Assembly (NCBI GenBank): GCA_963833425.1
Contig: CAWHXP010000005.1
Coordinates: forward strand, 96,001-160,000
Length of the DNA stretch: 64,000 nt
Direction: 5' to 3'
Source: an uncultured Methanosarcinaceae archaeon
Lineage (GTDB): Archaea; Halobacteriota; Methanosarcinia; Methanosarcinales; Methanosarcinaceae
Shown: positions 46,394-57,491 of the stretch, piece after piece
Numbering within the stretch: position 1 is the stretch's first letter
Layout: every line of letters starts with the position of its first letter
The notes under the pieces: model-generated
The model's input: the letters and a program-made list of their open reading frames with translations, nothing else
Database searches by the model: none
What the model was told of the DNA's origin: nothing
Translations under genes and position numbers: made by a program

Positions 46394-47125
46394 ATGTTTC
46401 GAGTAGTTCTTGTAATGGATATATTTAATCGTGGCGTGGTTCTAGCAAAAGGAGGTCTTAGAGAAAATTACTTTCCTGTTTCGGATTCGAGTATTATCTG
46501 TAGAAACTCTGATCCTCTGGATATAGTTGAGTTATTGAGGCCCCAAGAAGTCTATATCGCTGATCTTAATGTACTGCAGCAAAAAGGGCCTATCGAGATG
46601 AATGTTGAGATTATCCGGGAAGTGAGTCTACGGACAAACACGATGCTTGATTTCGGCATCTCGTCTCAGGAAGAAGTAGATAAAGCTCTTTCGATTGCAA
46701 ACACTGTAGTAATAGGCACAGAGACCGGCATTCTTTCAGCAATTAAGGAGGCATCTTTCGGAAATCCTGGGAGGGTCAGTGTAAGCATTGATATGAAGCA
46801 GGGAAGAGTCCTGAAAAAGGACCAAGAGATACCGGGCAATCTGTTTGAAATCGTTAAGATACTGAATTATTTTCCCCTGAAGGATTTAATTTTTCTTGAC
46901 CTTGACAGGGTTGGAACTACTTCAGGCTTTGATTCCCTACTCCTCTACAAACTGGTTGAATCTTCAAGGCATATTGTGCTACTTGCAGGAGGGGTCCGGA
47001 ATATGGAAGATCTCTCCACTCTTGAGAGGCTTGGGATAAAAGGCGCCCTAGTTGCAACTGCGGTTCATTCAGGTAAAATTTTTCAGGAAGTGTTGAGTTC
47101 AGAGATTAAACTGAATAACAAATAA
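46394..47125 (+). CDS. HisA/HisF-related TIM-barrel protein
   Basis: VYIADLN, VIGTET, LDLDRVGT, AGGVR, ATAVHSG. Confidence 0.82.
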   Translation: MFRVVLVMDIFNRGVVLAKGGLRENYFPVSDSSIICRNSDPLDIVELLRPQEVYIADLNVLQQKGPIEMNVEIIREVSLRTNTMLDFGISSQEEVDKALSIANTVVIGTETGILSAIKEASFGNPGRVSVSIDMKQGRVLKKDQEIPGNLFEIVKILNYFPLKDLIFLDLDRVGTTSGFDSLLLYKLVESSRHIVLLAGGVRNMEDLSTLERLGIKGALVATAVHSGKIFQEVLSSEIKLNNK

Positions 47126-47340
47126 CAATTCATACATATCAAAAAAAGTTTTTTACTTCTGTCTTTATATGTCTGGTATTAATTATATTGAGTATCTTTA
47201 TTTCAAGCAAAGGGTTAACGTTTATAATAAAAAAATTGATAAACTCTTAAATTTAGTTATATGCTTATAATTTGTTTATAAATGATTATTGAAAATTAAA
47301 AATTTATAAAAATTTCTTAAAATGTAGAGAGGTTTACAAT

Positions 47341-47601
47341 ATGGTAGAGGAAAACACATCTAAAGATAATATTGAGGAAAATGATGAGGAAGAAAGTGGG
47401 GAAGGATATATGGAGATCAAGATGGGGGGAGGTTGGTACATTACTATCTCCCTGGCGCACAGCGACCGTTTCGAAAAGGAGTACGTAGAGCTTGCAAAAG
47501 AACGTGGGGGTGCAAAGAAGTCCAGGTTCAATCTCAACCCCACACATGTCAGGATGCTTGGAGAAGCCCTGATTAAATTTGCAGACAATAATGGACTTTA
47601 A
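47341..47601 (+). CDS. Small acidic hypothetical protein
   Basis: 86-aa ORF with GAGG RBS, natural composition, T-rich tail. Confidence 0.7.
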   Translation: MVEENTSKDNIEENDEEESGEGYMEIKMGGGWYITISLAHSDRFEKEYVELAKERGGAKKSRFNLNPTHVRMLGEALIKFADNNGL

Positions 47602-47662
47602 CAGAAAATCTATTTTCTTTATTTTTCCGACTTAATTTTCATACATAACCCATATTTCTGAT

Positions 47663-48280
47663 TCACTTTCTACGCAGAAACTCCAGAACTTTCTCTGTGA
47701 CTTCCTTTTCTACATTTTCAGGAAAACAAGATGCATCGATTATGATGAAACGCTCAGAGTCTTCGTACGCTAGCCTGAGGAAAAGCTCTCGGACTTTCCT
47801 CAAAAACTCTAGTTTTTCGAACTTGCTTTGATTTCCTCTTTTCCAACAGCGTTCGACTGATATTTCGGGTCTGATATCAAATAGAAAAGTCAGGTCAGGG
47901 ACAATGGTCCAATCCCTATGGAGATTTTGTATCCATTCTAGCGGATTCTTCAAATGATTTTTTAAGGTTACACCCTGATAAGCATAGCAGCTATCGGAAT
48001 AGCGATCGGAAATAACGGATTTCCCACCTTCAAGTGCAGGTTTAATAATCTTTGCCAGATGTTCAGCATGGTCAGCTGTAAAAAGAAAGAGCTCAGCAAG
48101 TTGGTCTATATCCAACTTAATGGCTTTCTCCACCGCAGTTCCAGTAAGTGTTCCTCTTGTTGGTTCCCTGGTAAATATAGGATCAAATGCGATAATTTCA
48201 GGATTTTCCTGAAGTTTTTTTGCAACCATACTTTTACCTGAACCGTCTATACCTTCGAGTGTAATCAGTTTGCCTCTCAT
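47663..48280 (-). CDS. tmk: Thymidylate kinase
   Basis: LEGIDGSGKS, TREP, SDRYSDS..AYQG, PDLTFLFD. Confidence 0.96.
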   Translation of the reverse strand: MRGKLITLEGIDGSGKSMVAKKLQENPEIIAFDPIFTREPTRGTLTGTAVEKAIKLDIDQLAELFLFTADHAEHLAKIIKPALEGGKSVISDRYSDSCYAYQGVTLKNHLKNPLEWIQNLHRDWTIVPDLTFLFDIRPEISVERCWKRGNQSKFEKLEFLRKVRELFLRLAYEDSERFIIIDASCFPENVEKEVTEKVLEFLRRK

Positions 48281-48433
48281 AAGAACCGTCTTTTCATTTC
48301 TGTAACAGTTTTTACTGAAACGCACTATGTGTATTTATATTCTATAGAGGGTTGCCATGTGCTGAAGATTCAGGCAACAATCGTGAACAAAATAAACACA
48401 TATTTATGCAATATTAAAAAATAGCTTAGATTA

Positions 48434-49096
48434 ATGACATTAATAGGAGTTATCACTAGGGGCAAATATGGCCATCGTTTGATTGATACTGTTAAGGAAC
48501 ACAGTGATTTTTCTGTAGTCACCGCTGATTTGCCTGAGTCAGTGCCCTTATTCATTGAAGATCCAGATCAATATCTTGAAGCTCTTAATTTCGACAAGAG
48601 CGTTTTTTCTGCTGAAATAGTTATTACATATTCTCTGCATCCGGATCTGACATATTCAATTGCAAAATTTGCTGCAAGGGCAGGTGTGCGTTCCCTAATA
48701 GTTCCTGGTGGTTCGTCCAGAGCTTCAATTCCGGAACTCAACACGATTTCTGAAGCGTCTGGAATGGATATAGAAGTACACGAAATTTGCTGTACACTTG
48801 AACCCAACGAATTCAACAGGCCTTTTACGGATATATTTGGATCACCTATCCTGGAAGTCAAGACAAATGAGGAAAAAATTATAGATGTTAAGGTTTTAAA
48901 AGGCGCTCCTTGTGGAAGTACTTGGTATATGGCAAAAGAAATCGTTGGAGTTCCTCTAAAAGACGCCCCCCCAAAAGCTGGTCTGTTGATTCAGCATTAT
49001 CCTTGTAGAGCAGCACGTGGAGATCTTGGAGGGATCCACGAATCAGGAGAGCTTCATAAACAAGCTTTTATAAAAGCTCTTGTAAATCAGGAGTGA
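48434..49096 (+). CDS. DUF166-like conserved methanogen protein
   Basis: YSLHPDLT, ICCTL, GAPCGSTW, QHYPCRA, IHESGELH. Confidence 0.75.
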   Translation: MTLIGVITRGKYGHRLIDTVKEHSDFSVVTADLPESVPLFIEDPDQYLEALNFDKSVFSAEIVITYSLHPDLTYSIAKFAARAGVRSLIVPGGSSRASIPELNTISEASGMDIEVHEICCTLEPNEFNRPFTDIFGSPILEVKTNEEKIIDVKVLKGAPCGSTWYMAKEIVGVPLKDAPPKAGLLIQHYPCRAARGDLGGIHESGELHKQAFIKALVNQE

Positions 49097-49169
49097 CTAT
49101 ATATTCTTTGAAAAAGCATATTCTATATGTGGCTGAAAGTGAGATCAAGTTGTTCTTTTCTGAAAATAT

Positions 49170-49601
49170 TTGAATTTTGACAATGCTAATCTTCAGTATT
49201 CATATAGAGGTGAAAACATTAGTTCCCTATGTATATCAGAGAACTCAGGACCCGAAGACCTTGAATCGATAGCATTAGCAGTGCACTCTCTGATAGGGCT
49301 TCCTACAACCATACGTAGCCTTAAACAAAGAGGGCTTCGCCTTGAAAAAGGGGAAATTCTTGACAGAGACTACACAGGACCTGTTCTAGAAGAAGTATTG
49401 AAGACCAACAAAGTTGTTCATGAGGTCCCCATTGAAGGTATATACAAAGGGAAAAATGTGGTTGTTGCTCCTATTCGCTCAAAGGAAGGGGAAGTTATTG
49501 GTGCTCTGGGGATCGTAGACCTGTTGGCTACAATTGATATTCCCTCCGTTTTTCAGGAATACATTCATGTAATGGAAGAAGTTGAGGATGCGAAGAAGTA
49601 G
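49170..49601 (+). CDS. DUF2111-like protein
   Basis: LPTTIRS, DYTGPVLEEVL, GIYKG..VVVAPI, IGALGIVD; start uncertain. Confidence 0.72.
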   Translation: MNFDNANLQYSYRGENISSLCISENSGPEDLESIALAVHSLIGLPTTIRSLKQRGLRLEKGEILDRDYTGPVLEEVLKTNKVVHEVPIEGIYKGKNVVVAPIRSKEGEVIGALGIVDLLATIDIPSVFQEYIHVMEEVEDAKK

Positions 49602-50641
49602 AATTAATCAAAGTTTCGGTGTAATACAGCGTTGCTGGCAATGGGTAAGAAATTGCTCGATATATAATGGAATTATTCAAAATGAAATTTTTTGATTTGC
49701 CTATGTCCTTCTTTTTATTCTGTTATCTTATTTCAAAATACTTTTTAATTATATCGGAAGTTTTACCATCACTCACAGTTCCAATATAAACTCTCACTCC
49801 AAAGTCCACAGCAAAGTAAATATTTTTTAATTTAGGTATATTCTTTAAGGATTTTTTTTTGCTGTGATACTTTTTATAATCTGAATCACTCTTAGAAGTA
49901 AATGATTAGTTCAGCACCAACTACCATAAATACCTGTATTGTTTACAGCATTTGTTTATTATTACTTGAAAAGTAAATAATATTTATTTAGTAACATAAT
50001 AATCATGTATTTATTCTGTGACTTTGCAAGACAGCAAGTAGAATATATCCATTCAATATCTCTCAGAATTGTGAATTTCTGTTTGACAGTATGTAACTCG
50101 TTAAGTCTGGTTACGGTTTATGATGACAAAATTATAGGATCTGTTTCATTTTTGTCTCCAGGTAAGCGAAAACTCAAAGGAATCTTCTCTTTTACCTAAT
50201 ATCAGCCATGCTAGATTAAAGTTTCACCATCCTTCAACTAGTCCATGCATTTGAAAGAGATTCAGCTTGCTTCAAAAGTGAATATGCATATAGATTAGAT
50301 TCTATCCGAAAAGTCATTAATGGCATGCTGTAAAGTACTTAGACACAGGAATAGAAATCTCTGGATAAATCCGTGAGCTTATTAGAAGCTCACAGTGGGA
50401 CTTAAATCATAAAGTTAACAGATTATTCATCAACTTATAGAAAATTAGGCCTTAGATGAATTATAAGAATACATTTTTATAATTTATATACTATAATGTG
50501 TTTTCAAAACATCACAGACGAGATTTTAGGATGCCAAGAGTAGTATTCTTGAGCCAGAAAAATTATGTTCTCATTTAGTATACTTCTTTAATAGACAAAC
50601 TAGAATTTAAATTTGAAAGTGTTTTTCTTATGTGTTAAAAG

Positions 50642-52291
50642 TTAATTTTTTAACCCTACGGGTTTGATTGGTAAAGTGAAATAAAAAGTTGAACCTTTGC
50701 ATAATTCTGATTCAACCCATATACGCTCACCGTGCCCTTCTACAATTCTCTTACAAATTGAAAGTCCTATTCCTGTTCCAGGATATTTTTCCCTGCTATT
50801 TAATCTTTTAAATATTTCAAAAATTCTTTCCGAATATTGTGGATCGATCCCAATTCCATTGTCTTTCACTGAAAATATCCATTCACTCGCTTTTTTCTCT
50901 ACAGCGATATAAATTTTGGGCGCTTCTTCATTGTGGAACTTTATTCCGTTGAGTATCCGATTCTGAAACACCTGACCCAGCTGGGTAGAATCTGCTATTA
51001 CTTTAGGTAGAGGATCATGGGAAATAGTAGCTTTCTTTTCGTTTATAATCAATTTTAAATTGGATAACATCTGATTCAAAATAAATTCACTACTCGCAAT
51101 TTCAGGTTCTCTAGTACGTTTAGTCACTCGAGAAAATTCTAAAAGATCAGTTATCATATTTTGCATACGGGCAGCCCCTTAAACAGCGAAGTAGATGTAC
51201 TTATCAGCTTTCTCATCGAGATTACCTTGATATCGCCTTTGTAAAAGCTGCAAATAACTTGTGATCATCCTCAGGGGTTCTTGTAAGTCATGAGAAGAAA
51301 CGTAAGCGAATTGTTCTAATTCTTCATTTGAGACGGCAAGCTCTTCTAATTTCAATTTTAAAGTTTTTTCTGCTCTTTTACGCTCAGTGATGTCAGTGAG
51401 CATGCTCAGAGAACCCACAAACTTGCCATCTTTATCAAAAAAGGCTTTATAACTTAGATGAATCCATAAAGATGAGCCATCTTTATTTATTAATTTCAAG
51501 TCATAGCTATCATTGATACCTTGCCGGCTCTTTTCCAGATTCAGTTTGACGACATCCTTACTTTCTTCACTTACGAAGCTCCATATAGGTTTTCCAATAC
51601 CTTCTTCGAGAGAATATCCGAGCATATCCGTCAGTTTCTTATTGGCATAAGTAACTACAGCTCCTTCATCAATTATGAGTATACCTTCGTTTGCTGTTTC
51701 TACGATGTTGCGGTACTTTTTTTCACTTTCAAGAAGTTTTTCTTCTACTTTTTTAAGCTCCGTCAAGTCTGTGACCACAATGCACCAGGCATTCGGTGAT
51801 TCCTTAGCCCCAAATGAATTAATAGATAGGTATACTGGCAAAGATATTTCACCTTCCGCCAGGAGTTTGATTTCCCTCTCTCCCTTCTAGTTCTCTAGGA
51901 GTGCCTTGAAAGTGATCTCGTTCTCAGGTGCAATGAATCGAGAGACAGATGTGCCAACTATGGTTTGTGGTGGCATCCTTAGAAGTGCTGCAAAGTGACG
52001 GTTGCAGTAAAGGATGGTACTATCAAAGCCAAGGGTGGCTGTACCTTCATTCATTGTCTCCACTAGGGTGCGATACGCACGGTCGGCATTATCCAGGGTA
52101 AAGATCAAATCCTCTTCTTGTTCGTGGAATACCAGAGCATCCAGATCCTTTTCTCTAATTGCGTGCTTTAGTTCATCACCCTCTTCTAGACAGACTCTCA
52201 AATTTTGTATCTCAGCTTTTAAGGCATGATTCTCATCCAATAATGCCGTATAAGTGATGGGTTCCTGACCTTTTTCTTCCCTAGAACTCAT
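50642..52291 (-). pseudogene. PAS-PAS-HisKA-HATPase histidine kinase with two in-frame stops
   Basis: ORFs 51887-52291, 51179-51841 and 50642-51166 share one frame, separated by TAG (51887) and TAA (51179); [26 protein letters not shown]. Confidence 0.9.
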
Positions 52292-52326
52292 ATTTATGTT
52301 GTCCTTTCAAAAATCGATTACCCTTT

Positions 52327-52685
52327 CTAAGCCCTAAATTTTATGTCTAGTCCAACCAGAACCCTTTCGGTATCAGCCATGCTGCCTATGATCTTCTTCA
52401 AGGGCAAAGGAAGTTCTTTTATGAGAGTGGGAGCTGCTACTATCTGGCCATCTTCAGCGTAAATTGGATCCTGATAGATATCAATAACCTCAAGCTGGCA
52501 TTTGCCTGACAGGTGTTCTTCACATATCTTTTTGAGATTGTTTATCGCTTGCACAGATTTGGGGCCCATACCTGCAACATAGAGGCGCAGAACGTATTTT
52601 TCCTCCCTCTTTTGGCATGGGCTTCCTCAAAAGCTGATGTACAATCCTTGACATCCAATATCTTGGTCTCTTCAGTTTCGTTCAT
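52327..52685 (-). pseudogene. kaiB: KaiB-family protein with N-terminal frameshift
   Basis: KYVLRLYVAG...LEVIDIYQDP...IVAAPTLIKELPLPLKKIIG; ATG 52685 overlaps the upstream stop but is out of frame with the core. Confidence 0.85.
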
Positions 52686-53030
52686 TGGGTATCACTTCTA
52701 GAGTGCAAATCCAAGCCTACCAGAACACGTTCCGTATTTGAAAGATCTCCTATAATCTTCTTTATCGGCGTAGGAAGCTTTCTAACTAGCGTAGGGATAG
52801 CTAATATCTGATCCCCTTTAGCTAGTTGAGGGTTCGCCAGGAGATCTATAACCTCTAATACTGTACCTGCCACCCAAGTGCTCCGTGCAGATTTTTTTTA
52901 AGTTAGCAAAAGCCTCCAGGGTCTTCCTAGTCTGGCCAGCTACATATAGCCTCAAAATATAAAAATCCTGATCAGATATAGAAGACTCAATTGGCACAGA
53001 GTCATCGTCATTTCGTGCTACAACTTTCAT
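52682..53030 (-). pseudogene. kaiB: KaiB-family protein with internal frameshift
   Basis: [13 protein letters not shown]...EHLGGRY then, in another frame, [39 protein letters not shown]. Confidence 0.88.
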
Positions 53031-53273
53031 AATTTTTCCACCATTAAACTTAATGAAATTACACATTTTCTGGACAATTCCTTTTCCTACAACTTTTGAA
53101 ACCCATAAATTTATAGCTAAGACGAATTCTAGGACAATGAAAATAGCAAATCACACTTGGTTTGAGATAACTGCCGATATGAACTACGGTAGATATAAGC
53201 CTGGAGATCATATTTAGACTTCTTGTTCCTCACGACATCGGCTTTTTCGGCTTTTGATCCTCTGTGGGAGTCT

Positions 53274-53630
53274 TCACTGCATATATTTTTCAGTAACAAC
53301 ACTAGTAAAATTATCACTACGTAAATCCAGAAACTCTAGAACCCTTTCTTGATTGGAGAGATCTCCTATGATCCTCTTTCCAGGGTAATTCTTTCTCACA
53401 AGGGTAGGAATAGCTATGATCTGATCCTCTCTAGCAAGATTTGGGTTCTTTGTAAGGTCTATAATCTCAATATGGCACTTTTGAGCGAGATATTTAGAAC
53501 ATATCATTTTTAAGTTATCAACAGCCAATTGGCTCTTCATATGATTGGCTGCTACATAGAGTCTCAGTTTGTAAAGATTCTCATCTTGCTGGGCTTGCCT
53601 GGTTGAATCTTTCGGTTGTTCTGTATCCAT
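53274..53630 (-). CDS. kaiB: KaiB-family protein, intact frame
   Basis: YKLRLYVA, IEIIDLTKNPNLAREDQIIAIPTLVR, RIIGDLS. Confidence 0.88.
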   Translation of the reverse strand: MDTEQPKDSTRQAQQDENLYKLRLYVAANHMKSQLAVDNLKMICSKYLAQKCHIEIIDLTKNPNLAREDQIIAIPTLVRKNYPGKRIIGDLSNQERVLEFLDLRSDNFTSVVTEKYMQ

Positions 53631-53652
53631 CGTCGAAGTCTCCCTTGCCCAC

Positions 53653-55017
53653 TTAGACAATGTCTGCTTTCCTTATTCGTGCCATCGCACCTTTATTTGC
53701 TTCCAGCGCCTTCCTCCTGAGTGCATCTTCGTATGTGAGCTTATCAAGCTCCTCTTTCTGCATCTCAACCTCGGAGCTCAATGCTGTTATCTGAGCATCC
53801 AGGAATTTTAGCTTACTTTCCAGTTCTCTTTTCCTCTGCACCACATTTTTGCTTTGAATTATAGACTCAGCCATCTCCTTAGCTTCCTGGACAGCTCTGG
53901 AAGACCCCATAAGCAGGCCTCCTGATGGTCCAAGGTAGACATCATGAATCTCTATGCCATTATCAGTCACCAGATATTCTCTGATCTGGTTGGAGTGTTT
54001 CATACCTCTTGACTTGATCACCGATATTCCAAGATTGCGCTAGCTATCATTCTCAAAGAAACGAAGATTGATCCAAGTATCCATAAGAGATGATATACCC
54101 TGAGCATTTATGCCATCTATATTTTCATTTTCTACCAGACTAGTGCATACTGCAGTGATATTCTTGAGCTTCAAGTAATCAACGACCCTTGTGAGCGTGA
54201 ACTTAACATTGGCTTCATCACCTACATTGATCATGTTGGATATAGGATCTATGACCAAGACTGCTGGTTTGAACCTATCTATCAGTCTGTGCATGGTTAC
54301 CAAATGCATTTCCAAACCATAGGCCATGGGCCGTTAAGCACTTATTTGCATTAAGCCAGTATCGACATAGTGCTGAAAGTCTATACCTATAGATCTCATA
54401 TTCCTGATTATCTGGCTTGGAGATTCCTCGAAAGCAAAGTATAGGCAGCTCTCTCCTCGCTCGCAGATAGCTTTGGCAAACTCGGCTGCAAAGCTGGTCT
54501 TGCCTGTGCCGGCTGTTCCGGAGATTAGTATGGTTGTGCCACGATAGTAGCCCTGACCACCAAGCATTGTATCCAAGCGCTTTATGCCCGTGGAGCCCCT
54601 CTATGCAGATACTTCATGCTCCAGACCTAGGGATGTAATTGGCAAAACAGATATCCCATCTTCTTCTATCAGGAAAGGATACTCGTTAGTACCGTGTTTG
54701 GATCCCCTGTACTTAATTATCCTCAGGCGTCTGGTGGCTATTTGATTCTCCATCCTATTATCGAGAAGGATAACGCAGTCTGCAACATACTCTTCAAGTC
54801 CGTATCTAGTGAGAGACGTTTCTCCCCGTTCGCCAGTGACTATAGCCGTCACGCCCTTCGTATTAAGCCAGCGGAAGAGCCTACGTAGCTCAGAACGCAG
54901 TATAGCTTCATTCTTGAACCCAGCGAATAAAACTTCTAGAGTATCGATAGCCACACGCTTGGCATCTATAGAATCTATAGCCGACCCAAGTATGATGAAT
55001 AGACCTTATAGGTCTAT
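53653..55017 (-). pseudogene. kaiC: KaiC, 5'-truncated, with four in-frame stops
   Basis: One frame: GLFI..AKRVAIDTLE, LEEYVADCVI, IIKYRGSKHGTNEYPF, GTAGTGKT, FAFEES, ISSLMDTW, KSRGMKHSNQIRE; stops at 55006, 54601, 54334, 54040. Confidence 0.92.
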
Positions 55018-55059
55018 ATACTAAAAATTTATAGTCCTTAACTTCTATTAGATATATAC

Positions 55060-56271
55060 ATGACTAAATCTGTTGATGATGTTCATTGTATTGATGCGGA
55101 TTATTTACGCGCACAACATAAATTGAAAAATGCAGATATTGGGGAAGAAAACAAAGCGTTGATTGAAAATTTTTCAATTGCTCTTCGACGGGAAGGAGCA
55201 GTAAAAACAACAATCACGTGGTACTTGTATTATGCAACCAGGATGGTCGAGCAACTTCAAGAACTAGGATTCAATGAGACCTTGGACAAGCTGGACCAGA
55301 ATACTTTTGATAGGTTGCTTATTTTTTGTGAAGATGAAAAGAAATTCTCTCCAGGCACTATCAGAAATTATAAAAAATTGATCAAAAAATTCTTCAGATG
55401 GTCCACAGGTGGTAACCAGCCTAAATGGATTATGGATCTGAAGCTAAAAACAATTGAAAGCCCTGTGCAACCTTCGGACATACTGACCAAAGATGAGTTC
55501 ACCCGACTCCTTGAAGGCTGTAGACATCCAAGGGATAAAGCTATTATCGCTGTTCTTGCAGATAGCGGAATGAGAGTAGGGGCTATGATGTCCTGCAGGG
55601 TTAAAAATGTAGAGTTTAATCAATATGGAGCTATGATTTATCTTTCAAAAACAGGGGCTAACAAGACAACACCTGCAAAGGGGCTACCACTCACTTGGAG
55701 CGCGGGGTATTTGAATCAGTGGCTTGCAGTTCATCCTTTTCACGAAGATCCAGAAGCTCCCTTATGGATTACCCTTAACAAAAATAAAGAAGCTGTGAGT
55801 TATAAAGCTATCCGAAAAATGATAAAGACTACAGCCGAAAAAGTAGGCATCAAGAAAAGTATACATCCACATTTGCTACGACATATGGCTATAACAAACT
55901 GGATTTTAGATGGACTTAATGAACAAGAAATTAAGCACAGCGCGGGCTGGAGTCGGGGCAGTACTCAAATGTTCAAAATTTATGCAAATTTCACTGATCA
56001 CGAAATTAACAATAGTATTTTTGAGAAATATGGGCTCAAGACTGAAGACAAAAGACACGTTACACTTAAAAGATGCCCACGGTGTAATAATGTACTAAAA
56101 TCAGACGACAAATTTTGTAGCCAATGTGCACTGGTTCTCGATCAAGAAACCGCTCTAAAACTTGAAAAAGATAAAGAAAAACTAGATTTATCATTCTTAG
56201 AAGTTTCCAGTGTTGACCCAAAGGTTTTGGAAAAAATAGCAATCGAAGTCAAAAAACTCCTAAACCAGTAA
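55060..56271 (+). CDS. Tyrosine recombinase/integrase with C-terminal zinc ribbon
   Basis: DSGMR, HPHLLRH, AGWS, IYAN catalytic set; CPRC...CSQC. Confidence 0.93.
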   Translation: MTKSVDDVHCIDADYLRAQHKLKNADIGEENKALIENFSIALRREGAVKTTITWYLYYATRMVEQLQELGFNETLDKLDQNTFDRLLIFCEDEKKFSPGTIRNYKKLIKKFFRWSTGGNQPKWIMDLKLKTIESPVQPSDILTKDEFTRLLEGCRHPRDKAIIAVLADSGMRVGAMMSCRVKNVEFNQYGAMIYLSKTGANKTTPAKGLPLTWSAGYLNQWLAVHPFHEDPEAPLWITLNKNKEAVSYKAIRKMIKTTAEKVGIKKSIHPHLLRHMAITNWILDGLNEQEIKHSAGWSRGSTQMFKIYANFTDHEINNSIFEKYGLKTEDKRHVTLKRCPRCNNVLKSDDKFCSQCALVLDQETALKLEKDKEKLDLSFLEVSSVDPKVLEKIAIEVKKLLNQ

Positions 56272-56428
56272 ATAGTTAAGATATGTTCATAAAATTTCCT
56301 TTTTGTTCCTAATTATTGAATATTTCTGCTAATAATATGAAACTACTTTAATTGTATAGGGTAAAACGCTTGCTGGTTTAAATTTATAATTGTTTTTATT
56401 TAATCAAAAAAGTTGGAAACTTGTCAGA

Positions 56429-57491
56429 TTAATCTGTATCAACATTTGGTACCCAGCTTTCAAACCTATCCTGTTTCTTCTGTGCCATTTCGCGCGTTTT
56501 ACGAAATATCATTTTAGTCATGTCTTTGTTAAAAGTATGGTAAGTTACGTATTTTCCTCCTTTTTCTTCGAATTCTCTTTCTACTTCTTCAAGTTTGGGA
56601 TTTTCAATGGAAATTAATTTTTTCCCTTTAAGAAAACTAGGTACATCTTTACGCTCTCTATAATAATTTCTTAATCGCTGAATTTCTGCATCTGATATTT
56701 CGTTTTTTGTTTGTTTTAAGTATTCTATGGCTTCATTATTCGCTTGTCCTTTCAACATATCTATGGAAACACATGCTTCAAATGCTATATTGATACTGAA
56801 GGTTGTTCCACATATTGCCATCCAGTTGTTTGGATTACGAAGATATTCCCAACTAGTTAGGTGTATAACGTTTTCTGATAATTCAATTAATTTTTTAATA
56901 TCAGCTATTAATTTATTTTTGTCATTGGTAAGAAACAGTATGAAAAATTCAGGGGATAACCATAATTTTTCCTTAAACTTTTGTTTGGTTTTTTCAAAAA
57001 GTGTATCTTCTCTATGTTCCACCCAATCCTTTCGACTTGAATCATAAGTTGAATATGAGCCAAGTGTGGTAGTTATTGTAAACTTTATGGGTAAGCCTTT
57101 ATTTACTCTTTCTCCAAATGTGCTATCCAAATAATCCATATCATTTGAACCATAAATTAAATCTGAATACTCGGAAAATATGCTTTCGAGGATGTGATCG
57201 TTCCTTTGCATTTTTGACAATAAGTGTGGATATTCTTTCAGTATACGACTTAGATTCTGAATACTGAATACAATTGAATATAATTTAGGAAGGTTTCCGA
57301 ATTTTTCTGATTTTACCTTCTCACCTTCAATGCACCCATATGTTTCTAGTTTTGTTAATCTCTATAAATCATATTGTAACGTGGATTACCTTTTGGATCT
57401 ACAAATTTTAGTTCCTTTGCTGACTCTCCAGTAGTTTTTGAAGATTCTAATAGACTACCTAAAATTAGCCTTTGAGTCTTTTCTTTTTCAT
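56429..57491 (-). pseudogene. wHTH-containing protein, frameshifted at the 5' end (ORF 56429-57220 is the C-terminal part)
   Basis: Upstream frames give KTQRLILGSLLESSKTTGESAKEL...PRYNMIYRD and KLETYGCIEGEK...PKLYSI; the latter runs into the annotated ORF. Confidence 0.6.

Noticed and set aside
51179..55010. Pyrrolysine readthrough of the in-frame TAG codons in kaiC and the kinase
   Set aside because: The same genes also contain in-frame TAA stops, two kaiB genes are frameshifted and kaiC is truncated; decay explains all of it
53274..55017. A functional circadian clock in this strain
   Set aside because: kaiC is truncated with multiple stops and no kaiA is visible
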